Shown: positions 47,534 through 56,667 of the stretch, one piece after another | How positions within the stretch are numbered: the stretch's first letter is position 1 | Layout: each line of letters starts with the position of its first letter | Notes under the pieces: model-generated | Database searches by the model: none | What the model was told of the DNA's origin: nothing | Seen by the model: the letters and a program-made list of their open reading frames with translations, nothing else | Assembly: GCA_965277805.1 (NCBI GenBank) | Contig: OZ255842.1 | Location: 1,824,001-1,888,000, forward strand | Source of the DNA: Candidatus Lustribacter sp. | GTDB lineage: Bacteria; Vulcanimicrobiota; Vulcanimicrobiia; Vulcanimicrobiales; Vulcanimicrobiaceae | Direction of reading: 5' to 3' | DNA: 64,000 bases | Made by a program: the position numbers and the translations under genes

Positions 47534-47775
47534 CCGCCACCGACCGGCGGCATGAGCGCGATTTCGTCGCCGTCGGAGACGCGCGTCGCTCCGTCGACGA
47601 CGACGCCGTTACGCGCGAAGCGCGTCGAAGCGCGTAGGCGGCCGGCTTCCGGTGAACCCGAGGTCAGCGAAACCCACACATCTTCCAGCGTCGCCGACGG
47701 CCCCACTTCCAGCGTGCGCTCGCCGAAGCCGAGCAATTCGCGCAAGCGTGCGAACGCGAGCACGCGGAGCGCCAT
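47530..47775 (-). CDS. moaD: Sulfur carrier MoaD/ThiS
   Basis: FARLRE, DGDEIALMPPVGGG. Confidence 0.92.
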   Translation of the reverse strand: MALRVLAFARLRELLGFGERTLEVGPSATLEDVWVSLTSGSPEAGRLRASTRFARNGVVVDGATRVSDGDEIALMPPVGGG

Positions 47776-48032
47776 CAGTATCCGCCCAAGTCGGTCGTGT
47801 AGCCGTGCTCCTCGAGCCAGGCACGGCTCTCGTCGTGTTTGCCGAGCAGGTCGATGCGACCGCAAGTAAGCTTGTGCATCAGCACTTCCCAAAAGTGCCG
47901 GCCTTGATTGTAGACGTCATCCGGGATCTGGTTGTGCGTGCGCGAGTGCTCGCGCAGCGCTTCCCAATCGCGGCGTGCCAGGATGTCGCGCAGGGCGTCT
48001 TCGTATTCGGGGCTCGGTGCGGCAGGCTGCAT
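47775..48032 (-). CDS. Small hypothetical protein (85 aa)
   Basis: 1-nt stop/start overlaps on both sides within the operon. Confidence 0.7.
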   Translation of the reverse strand: MQPAAPSPEYEDALRDILARRDWEALREHSRTHNQIPDDVYNQGRHFWEVLMHKLTCGRIDLLGKHDESRAWLEEHGYTTDLGGY

Positions 48033-48847
48033 TACGCGCTCTTCTTCTCCGCGGCGAAGCAAAACCGCTCGATCGCCTGCGCGACGCCGTCATCGGCGCA
48101 ATCGCCGGTCACATAGCGCACGGATTGCCGCACGTCGGCCGCGGCATTGGCCATCGCGACGCCGATCCCGGCCCAGCGCAGCATCGGCACGTCGTTCCGC
48201 GAATCACCGATCGCGAGCACGGAGTCACTGTGAATACCGAAGTCGGCGCACAGACGCACGAGCGCGTTCTTCTTGTTCGCATCGCGGTTGAGCACGACGC
48301 ACTCGATGAAGTCCTTCCACGTCTCATAGAGATAGGTGAGCGGCAAGTCGCCGAACTCGCGCTTCATCGCCTCGACGGCATCGGCACCCAAAAAGCGGAT
48401 GAAGGTGGGCGCGCCGGTGGCCAGCGCATCGAGCAGCGACGGCACCTCGCGCCAGTTCGGACCGACCACCTCTTGCATGAACACCTGCGAGCCGGTCGGG
48501 CGCAGGAACATCTCCTCGGCGTAGACCGCCACCGCAATGTTGTTGCGCTGCGCGAATTCGAGCATCGGCTTCGCATATTCGAGCGGCACCGGCGTGTGTT
48601 CGAGGACCTTGTTTGCGCCGAAGTCTTTCGTCAATGCGCCGTGGCAGCAGATCACGGGCAAGTTCAGCCCGAGTTCTTTCGAAACGCGAATCGGCGTGTC
48701 GACGCCGCGGCCGGTCACGAGCACGACGCGGATGCCGCTCTTGAGCGCGCGGGTAATCGCCGCGCGATTACCGGGTGAGACCGACTCGTCGGCGGCAAGC
48801 AGCGTGCCGTCAAGGTCGAGGGCTATGAGGTCGATTGACTGCGTCAC
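48032..48847 (-). CDS. Cof-type HAD-IIB hydrolase
   Basis: DLDGTLL, TGR, K, GDSRNDVPM, DGVA. Confidence 0.93.
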   Translation of the reverse strand: MTQSIDLIALDLDGTLLAADESVSPGNRAAITRALKSGIRVVLVTGRGVDTPIRVSKELGLNLPVICCHGALTKDFGANKVLEHTPVPLEYAKPMLEFAQRNNIAVAVYAEEMFLRPTGSQVFMQEVVGPNWREVPSLLDALATGAPTFIRFLGADAVEAMKREFGDLPLTYLYETWKDFIECVVLNRDANKKNALVRLCADFGIHSDSVLAIGDSRNDVPMLRWAGIGVAMANAAADVRQSVRYVTGDCADDGVAQAIERFCFAAEKKSA

Positions 48848-48870
48848 GTGGGAAGATCGTCTTTCATCTG

Positions 48871-49416
48871 TTAGTTGAGCCGGCGTTCCATGCGAATGGT
48901 GCGCGCTCGATAGTGCCCGTCGGGCTCGAGGCGCACGCTCTTCGATACGGTATCGGCAGCCGGGCCGTCGAGCAACGCCTCGAGGTCGATCCCGGGTTCC
49001 GGATCGGCCCAGTATTCGTCGTAGGCGGTAAACCCGTTGGCCAGGTAGGCGGCGATCGCTCGCCGGTTATACCCCGCCACCTCCAAATGGAGACGGCGAA
49101 AGCCTTCGTTGGCAAGAACCGTCACAAAAGCCCCCAGGATGCGGCGCCCCAAGCCCTGGCCGATATACGCCGGATCGAGCATGATGCCGAGTTCGCCCGA
49201 AGCCATGGCCGGATCCATGTGCCGCAGAACCAAGGTAGCGACGAGCCGGTCGCCGGCCAAACCGGCGTACGGCCGGCGCACCGCCGGGGTCCCGGAGAGA
49301 AAAGCCCATAACTCATCGGCTGTGGCCGGGGTCAGGGCCGGGAGGTTGTAATGATGGAACAGCGGATCCGTGTGGCGCTCCCAGGCGGCTAAGGCGTCGA
49401 TGTCGCCCCGGTTCAT
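48871..49416 (-). CDS. GNAT N-acetyltransferase (RimJ/RimL-like)
   Basis: LGIMLDPAYIGQGLG, LEVAGYNRRAIAAY..GF; start uncertain. Confidence 0.85.
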   Translation of the reverse strand: MNRGDIDALAAWERHTDPLFHHYNLPALTPATADELWAFLSGTPAVRRPYAGLAGDRLVATLVLRHMDPAMASGELGIMLDPAYIGQGLGRRILGAFVTVLANEGFRRLHLEVAGYNRRAIAAYLANGFTAYDEYWADPEPGIDLEALLDGPAADTVSKSVRLEPDGHYRARTIRMERRLN

Positions 49417-49461
49417 GGGCCGGATCGAAACGTTCGTGGCGGCGCCGACGTTGTTCGGGAT

Positions 49462-49842
49462 ATGCGTCTCCTCGCTCGGTCCCTCGCGGGAACGACCGTC
49501 GTTTTCCTCGCCGCGAACGCGAGCGCCCTTGCTCAAGGCGAGAACTGTACGCACGACACGCTCGTCATGGACGCCTCGCCGATCAGAGCGACGTTTTGCG
49601 TCGCCGGGCCGCCGGCCGCGCACGTGACGGTGAACGAGACCTTCGTCCGCGGCGACAAACGTCTCTCTCGGCCGCTCACGATCGACGTCGTCAACGGGGC
49701 CAGCGTGACGCGGGCCGTCGACGACGTCCCGCTCTCCGACCTCGGCTCGGACAGACAATTGCACCTGACGATCGCCTATCGCGAGGGCCGGGTCGAACTC
49801 GAGCACGCGCTGCTCTTACCGGGCGCCGTCGTCCTGAAGTAG
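49462..49842 (+). CDS. Hypothetical secreted protein
   Basis: Signal-peptide-like N-terminus, two Cys, beta-rich. Confidence 0.6.
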   Translation: MRLLARSLAGTTVVFLAANASALAQGENCTHDTLVMDASPIRATFCVAGPPAAHVTVNETFVRGDKRLSRPLTIDVVNGASVTRAVDDVPLSDLGSDRQLHLTIAYREGRVELEHALLLPGAVVLK

Positions 49843-49910
49843 CCGCAACCTCTGGTTGCCGGCTCCGGTTACTACAGCGCGATATGGCCTGTACGGCGGT
49901 AGCCCCCGGA

Positions 49911-51320
49911 ATGACGCCCGCGGAGCGGAGCCGCTACGTCATCGAGCACCTTCCGCCCGGCTTGTTTCGCGTTCCCGAAGGCGAAGACGGCGCGGTCGCT
50001 TGGCGCATCGCCTCGGAGCCGTTCCGGCTCGCGCCCGCGACGCTCGCGAAGATCGAAGCGCTTGGCCCGGATCTCGTCGCGTTTTACCGCGCGCTCAACG
50101 GGCTCTACACGCGCAGCGCGCGCGGGACGATTCCCGGATTTCTGGCCGAGTATCTCGATCAGGGCAAACCCGAGAGCATCGTCAAGCTCGCGCGGCAGAA
50201 CCGCTTTCGCGCGGATATTCCGCACGTGATCCGGCCCGACTTGATCCTCACCGACGGCGGCTTCGTCGCCAGCGAACTCGACAGCGTTCCCGGCGGCATG
50301 GGCTTCGTCGGCGCGATGGCGCACACGTACTGCGAACTCGGCCTCGACACGGTCGGCGATAACGACGGCATGCCGCGCGCGTTCACCGCGATGGTCGAAG
50401 CGACCGCGCAAAAAGAACGTCCGTGTACTGCAATCGTGGTATCCGAGGAGTCTTCCGACTATCGCGGCGAGCTGAACTGGCTCGCCGCTCGCATTCGCGA
50501 GCTCGGTTTGGGTGACGTGTTCGTGTGCGCGCCGCAAGACATCGTGTTCACCGAAGAGGCGCTTTTCATCCGTCACGAAGACGGCAAAGAAGATCGCATC
50601 GACGTCCTCTATCGCAACTTCGAACTCTTCGATCTGCTCAACGTTCCAAAGCAAGAGCTGATGCTCTATGCGGCGCGCCACAATCGCGTAAAGATGACGC
50701 CGCCGCCGAAACCGCAGTTCGAAGAGAAGTCGGCTTTCGCGCTCCTGCATCATCCGCTGCTCGAAGCGCTGTGGCGCAAAGAACTCACCGACGATGTCTT
50801 CACGCGGTTGCGCGCGCTCTTTCCGCAGACGTGGATCCTCGACTCGCGTCCGTTGCCGCCGCAAGCCGCGATCATGGGCCTGACCGCGAACGGCTTGCCG
50901 GTCAACGACTGGATGCAGTTGGAAACGCTCGGCAAAGGCGATCGCGACTACGTCGTCAAGCCGTCGGGCTTCAGCGAACTCGCCTGGGGATCGCGCGGCG
51001 TGCAGATCGCCAACGACCTCACGCGCGAGGACTGGAAAGCCGCGCTGATCAACGGGCTCGCCGCGTTCGAAAAAACGCCGCACATCCTGCAGCGCTTCCA
51101 TAAGGGCCGGCGCGTGCGGGTGGCTTACTTCGACCCCGGCAGCGAAGGGATGCGCGAGATGGACGGGCGCGTTCGTCTGACGCCGTACTATTTCGTCGCC
51201 GGCGATGCCGTGCGTTTGGGCGGCATTCTCGCCACCGTCGCGCCGGCCGACAAACGGCTCATCCACGGTATGAGCGACGCGATCATGGCGCCCTGCGCGA
51301 TCGCGGAGGACGGCGCCTGA
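49911..51320 (+). CDS. ATP-grasp-type amide ligase (glutathionylspermidine-synthase-like)
   Basis: IRPDLIL, ELDSVPGG, VVKPSGF..WGSRGV, ILQRF, RLTPYY. Confidence 0.7.
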   Translation: MTPAERSRYVIEHLPPGLFRVPEGEDGAVAWRIASEPFRLAPATLAKIEALGPDLVAFYRALNGLYTRSARGTIPGFLAEYLDQGKPESIVKLARQNRFRADIPHVIRPDLILTDGGFVASELDSVPGGMGFVGAMAHTYCELGLDTVGDNDGMPRAFTAMVEATAQKERPCTAIVVSEESSDYRGELNWLAARIRELGLGDVFVCAPQDIVFTEEALFIRHEDGKEDRIDVLYRNFELFDLLNVPKQELMLYAARHNRVKMTPPPKPQFEEKSAFALLHHPLLEALWRKELTDDVFTRLRALFPQTWILDSRPLPPQAAIMGLTANGLPVNDWMQLETLGKGDRDYVVKPSGFSELAWGSRGVQIANDLTREDWKAALINGLAAFEKTPHILQRFHKGRRVRVAYFDPGSEGMREMDGRVRLTPYYFVAGDAVRLGGILATVAPADKRLIHGMSDAIMAPCAIAEDGA

Positions 51321-51997
51321 CTTCCGCCTCGGCGGGAACTTCGTGGTTTACGATCCGCTGGGTTGGGATTGCGGCTGCCGTCGTCGCCGCGCTGCTGGTC
51401 TACCTCCTTGCGCCGCCAACGCTGCACGGAACGGTGCGCGCCGTCCTCGCTTACGACGCCGCAGCGCTCTTGCTGCTGGTGTGGGACTGGACGATGGGCT
51501 TACGCAACAACTCCGGGCACACGATCCGCCGCGCAGCGCAAGCCGACCCCGGCCGTAATTTTCTGGCCGGCGTCGTAATCATCAGCGCGCTCGCGGGCTT
51601 GGCGTCCGCGACTGTGATCCTCGGCAAGGGACCGAACGTACCGGCATCCGATCGTGAGATCGCGCTGGCGGCCGGCATCGCTGCGGTGATCCTCGGGTGG
51701 GTGCTGATCCACACGATGTTCATCTTCCGCTATGCGCATCTGTACTATTTCGACTCGGATCAAGACGGAACCGCGCAGCGCGGGCTCGACTTTCCCGGCA
51801 CGACCGAGCCCGACGACTACGACTTCGCGTACTTCTCGTTCGTCATCGGCATGACGTTCCAAGTCTCCGACGTGCAGATCACCGATCCGGGCGTGCGGAC
51901 GATCGTGCTCGTGCACGCGCTGATGGCCTTCGCCTACAACACGGCCATCCTCGCGCTCGTCGTCAACCTCGCGTCAAACTTGCTCAATACGCACTAA
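51317..51997 (+). CDS. DUF1345 membrane protein (probable CTG start)
   Basis: RYAHLYY, GLDFPG, PDDYDFAYFSFVIGMTFQVSDV; frame stays open upstream of GTG 51434 to CTG 51317. Confidence 0.85.
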   Translation: MTSASAGTSWFTIRWVGIAAAVVAALLVYLLAPPTLHGTVRAVLAYDAAALLLLVWDWTMGLRNNSGHTIRRAAQADPGRNFLAGVVIISALAGLASATVILGKGPNVPASDREIALAAGIAAVILGWVLIHTMFIFRYAHLYYFDSDQDGTAQRGLDFPGTTEPDDYDFAYFSFVIGMTFQVSDVQITDPGVRTIVLVHALMAFAYNTAILALVVNLASNLLNTH

Positions 51998-52626
51998 GCG
52001 CCGACGACGTCTTTCGTTTTCCACGCGATGTTTTGGGCGCGGTCGCCGACGCGTTCGATCGTCGCGAGCACGAACAGCAAGATCGTCCCCGCCGGAACGA
52101 CGCCCGAGTCGGCTTGCATTTCACTCTGCAGTGCCTCGATGCCGCTGCGGTAGAGCCGGTCGACTTCGTCATCGCGCTCGATCACCGAATCCGCGACCAC
52201 CGCATCGCCTTCGCGATAGGCGCGCATCGCGTCGGCCAGCATCGTTTGAGCGACGGCGGCGATTTGCCCGATCTCGACCGACGCCGGACGAATCGGCACG
52301 TCGATCAGCTTGATCGCATTCTTCGAAATGTCCACGGCGTAGTCGCCGATCCGCTCGAGGTCGGTGACGATCTGCAGGGCACCGGCGATCGCGCGCAGTT
52401 CGCTCGCGACGGGCTGCTGCTTCCAGATCAGTTCGATACAGGCCGACTCGACGCGGCGGCGGGTGTCGTCGATCTCGTCGTCGCCGGCGATGACGCGCGC
52501 GGCCAAGGCCCCGTCGCGACGCTCGAGGGCATGCGTCGCCGATCGAATGGCATCGAGTGTTAGAGCGCCGAGCCGCACAACGTCGAGTCGCGCGTTGTCC
52601 AAAGCTTGGTGATAGGCGGTACGCAT
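51994..52626 (-). CDS. phoU: Phosphate signaling protein PhoU
   Basis: QQPVASELR, DLERIGDYA, DDEVD, ERVGDRAQNI. Confidence 0.93.
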   Translation of the reverse strand: MRTAYHQALDNARLDVVRLGALTLDAIRSATHALERRDGALAARVIAGDDEIDDTRRRVESACIELIWKQQPVASELRAIAGALQIVTDLERIGDYAVDISKNAIKLIDVPIRPASVEIGQIAAVAQTMLADAMRAYREGDAVVADSVIERDDEVDRLYRSGIEALQSEMQADSGVVPAGTILLFVLATIERVGDRAQNIAWKTKDVVGA

Positions 52627-52718
52627 TTTGCCACTATATCACGCTCGACCGTCTGCCGCGCACTCTTAATCTCATCTTACGAAAGGGTGCCCTTCTCCGG
52701 CCCGCAAACGGCGAAGGC

Positions 52719-53501
52719 ATGGACGACATCCTCAAATTGGAGATCGACGGCGCGGTCGCGACCCTCACGCTCAACCGCCCGGCGGTACTCAACGCGCTCA
52801 ACCACGATCTGCTGACGATGCTCGAAGAGTCGCTGGACGCGTTCACCGGCGATCCCGCGCTGCGGGCCGTCATCATCACCGGCGCCGGCGAGCGAGCCTT
52901 TGCGGCCGGGGCCGACATCGCCGAACTTGCCGAGCTGCCGGGCGCGGTCGCGGGCGAGTACAAGGCGCGCACGGGCCAGCGCATCACGCAGTTGATCGAA
53001 GCGCTACCAGTGCCGGTGATCGCGGCCGTCAACGGCTTCGCACTCGGCGGCGGATGCGAGCTCGCGATGGCGTGCGACTTCCGCATCGCGAGCGAAAACG
53101 CGAAGTTCGGCCAGCCCGAAGTGAACCTCGGCGTTCCGCCCGGCTACGGCGGCACGCAGCGCACGGTGCGCCTGTTGGGCCCGGGGATGGCGCTATTCAT
53201 GTGCCTCACCGGCGAGACGATCGATGCGGCCGAAGCCTACCGCATCGGGCTCGTGCAGCGCGTCGTTCCGATTGCCGAGCTGATGCCGGAAGCGCGGCGC
53301 ATCGCGAGCACGATCGCATCGAAAGCGCCGCTCGCGATCACCGCCACCAAGCGCGCGATTCGCGAGGGCGCCGCTCTGCCGCTCGCCGAAGGCCTGGCCC
53401 TCGAAGCGTTGCACTTCGGCGCGATGGTCAGCACCAGCGATTTCCGCGAAGGCACGCGCGCGTTTCTCGAAAAGCGCAAACCCGTCTTCGAAGGACGATA
53501 G
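52719..53501 (+). CDS. Enoyl-CoA hydratase/isomerase
   Basis: LNRP..LNAL, FAAGADI, NGFALGGGCE, GQPE. Confidence 0.93.
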   Translation: MDDILKLEIDGAVATLTLNRPAVLNALNHDLLTMLEESLDAFTGDPALRAVIITGAGERAFAAGADIAELAELPGAVAGEYKARTGQRITQLIEALPVPVIAAVNGFALGGGCELAMACDFRIASENAKFGQPEVNLGVPPGYGGTQRTVRLLGPGMALFMCLTGETIDAAEAYRIGLVQRVVPIAELMPEARRIASTIASKAPLAITATKRAIREGAALPLAEGLALEALHFGAMVSTSDFREGTRAFLEKRKPVFEGR

Positions 53502-53502
53502 C

Positions 53503-54678
53503 ATGACGACCGGCGACGCCACCGACTTCGCGCACGTTGGACCGGAGACGTTAGCCGGACGGTACTTGCGCCGTTTCTGGCATCCGATCGCGCGCGGCGC
53601 CGATCTCGTCGAAGGCCGGCCCGTGCGGGCGCAGTTTGCGAACGAGCACTTCACGCTTTATCGCGGGCAGAGCGGCGCCGTCGTACTGCTCGACGATCGC
53701 TGTCCGCACCGTCAGACGTCGCTCTCGTTCGGCTGGGTGGAAGACGACTGCATCCGGTGTCTCTACCACGGCTGGGTGTTCGATCCAACCGGCCAGTGCG
53801 TCGAACAGCCGGCCGAGAACGCGGCGTTTGCCGCGAAGGTGAAGATCAACGCGTATCCGGTGCGCGAGTATCTCGGCCTCGTGTACGGCTATTTCGGCAC
53901 GGGCGAGCCGCCGGAGTTTCCGCGTTATCCGGAGTTGGAAGACGCAACCGGCGCCGACTACTCGGTCAACATGCACGAGGTGCCGTGCAGCTGGTTCCAG
54001 CGTCTCGAAAATGACGTCGACGAAGTCCACGTGCATTTCGTGCACTCCGTTTCGACGCGCGCCATCGGCATGCTGGAACTGCCCGAAATCACGGTGAGCG
54101 AAACGGAATACGGCATCCGGCGCGAGGGCAAGCGCTCGGGCAGCGGCGTGAACGTCGCGCGCGTCGGGCACATCATGATGCCCAACATCAACATGGTCGA
54201 TCTGCCGCCGTCGCCCGAGATGCGCTACTGGACCGTCCATTTAGCCTACCGCGTGCCGATGACCGATGAGTCGGCGATGACGTTCTCGATCCGGTTGAGG
54301 AAACCGGAACCCGGTGCACCGCTGCCCAGCGGAAAAGCCGGCGGTGCGATCAAGAATCGCCCCGATTGGGATGTCGATCCGAGCGTGCTGGTCGAGAAAA
54401 TATTGGCCGGCAAGATGCGGTTGCAAGACGTCGACAAAGATTACCCCGCCTTGTTTATCGTGGAAGATAACGTCGCGCTTACGGGTCAAGGGTGCATTAC
54501 CGAACGGCAGAAAGACCGTCTCGGACAATCCGACAAGGGCATCATTTTGCTGCGCAAGATCTGGGAGCGCGAGTTGCGCGCGCTGGACGAAGGGCGCCCA
54601 TTAAAGACGTGGTCGCGGCCGAAGGAACGTCTCGATCTCGCCGTGTCGACCATCCGCGAAACGGTGGACTTCGCTTAA
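53503..54678 (+). CDS. Rieske non-heme iron oxygenase (phthalate 4,5-dioxygenase/LigX-like)
   Basis: GRYLRRFWHP, CPH..CLYHGW Rieske site, END.D..H..FVH, LGQSDKGI..LR. Confidence 0.9.
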   Translation: MTTGDATDFAHVGPETLAGRYLRRFWHPIARGADLVEGRPVRAQFANEHFTLYRGQSGAVVLLDDRCPHRQTSLSFGWVEDDCIRCLYHGWVFDPTGQCVEQPAENAAFAAKVKINAYPVREYLGLVYGYFGTGEPPEFPRYPELEDATGADYSVNMHEVPCSWFQRLENDVDEVHVHFVHSVSTRAIGMLELPEITVSETEYGIRREGKRSGSGVNVARVGHIMMPNINMVDLPPSPEMRYWTVHLAYRVPMTDESAMTFSIRLRKPEPGAPLPSGKAGGAIKNRPDWDVDPSVLVEKILAGKMRLQDVDKDYPALFIVEDNVALTGQGCITERQKDRLGQSDKGIILLRKIWERELRALDEGRPLKTWSRPKERLDLAVSTIRETVDFA

Positions 54679-54701
54679 GCCAATCGACACGATGCTCGCA
54701 G

Positions 54702-54724
54702 TCCTTCGACGAGCTTGGGATGAC
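54702..54724 (-). repeat. REP-like palindromic element, copy 2
   Basis: Reverse complement reads GTCATCCCAAGCTCGTCGAAGGA. Confidence 0.7.
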
Positions 54725-54754
54725 GGGGGCGCCGTACTAGCGAAGCGGTTGCGC

Positions 54755-55690
54755 GTGAAGCAATTGACAATGTCGCTCGTTCCGGGACCGTTGACCGATC
54801 CGATCGTTAGCGGCGAAGTGTCCGTTGGCGGCGATGCCGCTTGGTCGATCGTGCCGGGGCCGTCGGTCGACAGCAACTCGCGCAAGATGCTCGACGGCGC
54901 GTTCGATGTGGCCGAGATGTCGTTCGCAACGTTTCTCAAAGCCTTCGAACTCGGGCGCGATTTGATCGGCTTGCCGCTCTTCACCGGGCGCGGATTTCTC
55001 CAGCCCGGGCTCATCGTTTCGGCTAAGTCGGGGATCAAGCGGCCCGAAGAACTGGCCGGTAAACGCGTCGGCGTGCCGCAGTTTTGGATGACCTCATCGG
55101 TGTGGCACCGCGGCGTGCTCGAACAGCAGCACGGCGTAAAGCAAGAGCAGATCAGATGGTCCACGGCGAGCGAAGAGCGCTTCGAGAACCTCGTGTTTCC
55201 GAAGGGTGTGTCGATCGAACGTCTGCCGGAGTCCGTCGTCTTTCAAGATGCGCTCGCGCAAGGTGCCGTCGACGCCACGATGTCGCCGCCGCGCGGCGCG
55301 CCGAAAGCGATGAATCCGGCGATCGCGTCGCCCTATGCGGATCTCGCGCAGGCCGAACGCGACTACTACGCCGCGACGAAGGTGTTTCCGATCATGCACT
55401 TCGTCGTCATGAAAAAATCGCTCAGCACGGAAATGCCCGGGATAGCGAAGGCCGTCATCGATGCGTTCGTTGCGGCGAAGCAACGTGCAGCGGCCGCCGG
55501 TGCGCTCGGCGACATCATTCCGGGCATGAAGCCCGATGAAGAACGGCGCCTGCTCGGCGACGATCCGTGGGCGTTCGGACTCGAGGCGAACAAGGCCGCA
55601 GTCGACACGTTCTTCGGGTTTGCGCACGGACAGCGGTGGGTGCCGCCCAGCGTCAACGTGGAGTCGTGTTTCCTGGTGGCGTCCACATAA
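54755..55690 (+). CDS. 4,5-dihydroxyphthalate decarboxylase-like protein (PBP fold)
   Basis: FDVAEMS, LAGKRVGVP....T..VW.RG, FPIMH, DPWAFG..AN; no signal peptide. Confidence 0.75.
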   Translation: MKQLTMSLVPGPLTDPIVSGEVSVGGDAAWSIVPGPSVDSNSRKMLDGAFDVAEMSFATFLKAFELGRDLIGLPLFTGRGFLQPGLIVSAKSGIKRPEELAGKRVGVPQFWMTSSVWHRGVLEQQHGVKQEQIRWSTASEERFENLVFPKGVSIERLPESVVFQDALAQGAVDATMSPPRGAPKAMNPAIASPYADLAQAERDYYAATKVFPIMHFVVMKKSLSTEMPGIAKAVIDAFVAAKQRAAAAGALGDIIPGMKPDEERRLLGDDPWAFGLEANKAAVDTFFGFAHGQRWVPPSVNVESCFLVAST

Positions 55691-56609
55691 TTTCCGCCGC
55701 CGGAACCGGCTTCTCGAGGTAACCGTACTTCGCGGCAACGTCGAGCGGCGGCTGAATCATCTTCGGATCGAGGTTCACGCCGTACACCGAGCGCCCCATA
55801 TCGTTGACCACGCTGACCGGAATTTTCGAATACTTGCTGAGAATTTCGGCCGACTCCTTATGATGCGCGTTGCCCCAGATCGCGCCTTGCCGGATCGCTG
55901 CGGCAAAGCGCGCCGCCACGTCGGGGTGCGCGTTCAGCCAGGCACCGGTCGAGAACCAGCCGAGCGTCATGAACTGCGGCGCGACGCCGTCTTCGGCGCT
56001 GCCGATTACGCGCGTATCCTCACGCGCGGCCGTGGCCCACGGTTCGGTAACGACGACCGCATCGACGCGATGCTGCCCGAGCGCCGCATCCATCTGCGGG
56101 AACGGGATCTCGACGAACTGCAGGCTGCGCCCGTTGCCGCCGTGCCGGTCGGCCCACGCAACGGTGGCGACTTGCAACATGCCTTTCAAGCCGGCGACCG
56201 CAACGGTCTTGCCGTTCAGGTCGGCGGCGGTGCGGATCGGTGAGGTCTTCGGGACGAGCACGAGTTCGGTCGGCGCAGCCGATTCCGTGAACAGCCCGGA
56301 CGGTGCGAAAAAGCGGAAGTCGATGCCGCGCAAATGCGCCTGCGCGATCGTGGCCGTGTTGGCCGACGCAACGTCGACCGAACCGCCGAGCAGCGCCGCG
56401 GCCGCGCCCTCGACCGTCACTTGCGAGGTGGAGATGTGCACGTCCAGCCCAGCCTTGGTGAAATAGCCCAGGTCTTGCGCGTAAAACAGCGGCCCGTTGA
56501 GGTCGAACGCGGCACCCTGGACGTTGACCGGTATCAAGGTGGTCTGGCCGGTAGCGGGACCGGCCGATACCATCGCGAGGCAGGCTAGGAGGATAGGCAA
56601 GCGTTTCAT
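55653..56609 (-). CDS. ABC substrate-binding protein, NMT1/SsuA family
   Basis: Signal peptide, GYF.KAGLDV, DLNGKTVAV, RVDA..EP. Confidence 0.85.
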   Translation of the reverse strand: MKRLPILLACLAMVSAGPATGQTTLIPVNVQGAAFDLNGPLFYAQDLGYFTKAGLDVHISTSQVTVEGAAAALLGGSVDVASANTATIAQAHLRGIDFRFFAPSGLFTESAAPTELVLVPKTSPIRTAADLNGKTVAVAGLKGMLQVATVAWADRHGGNGRSLQFVEIPFPQMDAALGQHRVDAVVVTEPWATAAREDTRVIGSAEDGVAPQFMTLGWFSTGAWLNAHPDVAARFAAAIRQGAIWGNAHHKESAEILSKYSKIPVSVVNDMGRSVYGVNLDPKMIQPPLDVAAKYGYLEKPVPAAEIMWTPPGNTTPR

Positions 56610-56667
56610 TGGTCGGGTCTTTCGCTAAGGAGCAGGGAGATGGCAAGGGCACGGCCGATATCGGCCG

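Noticed and set aside
49841-49864. Hairpin AGCCGCAACC-tct-GGTTGCCGGCT after the secreted protein gene
   Set aside because: No U-tract; it may be a terminator but support is too weak to call
55653-55690. 3' overlaps of convergent genes (also 4791-4807, 57770-57780)
   Set aside because: Short convergent overlaps are common in compact high-GC genomes
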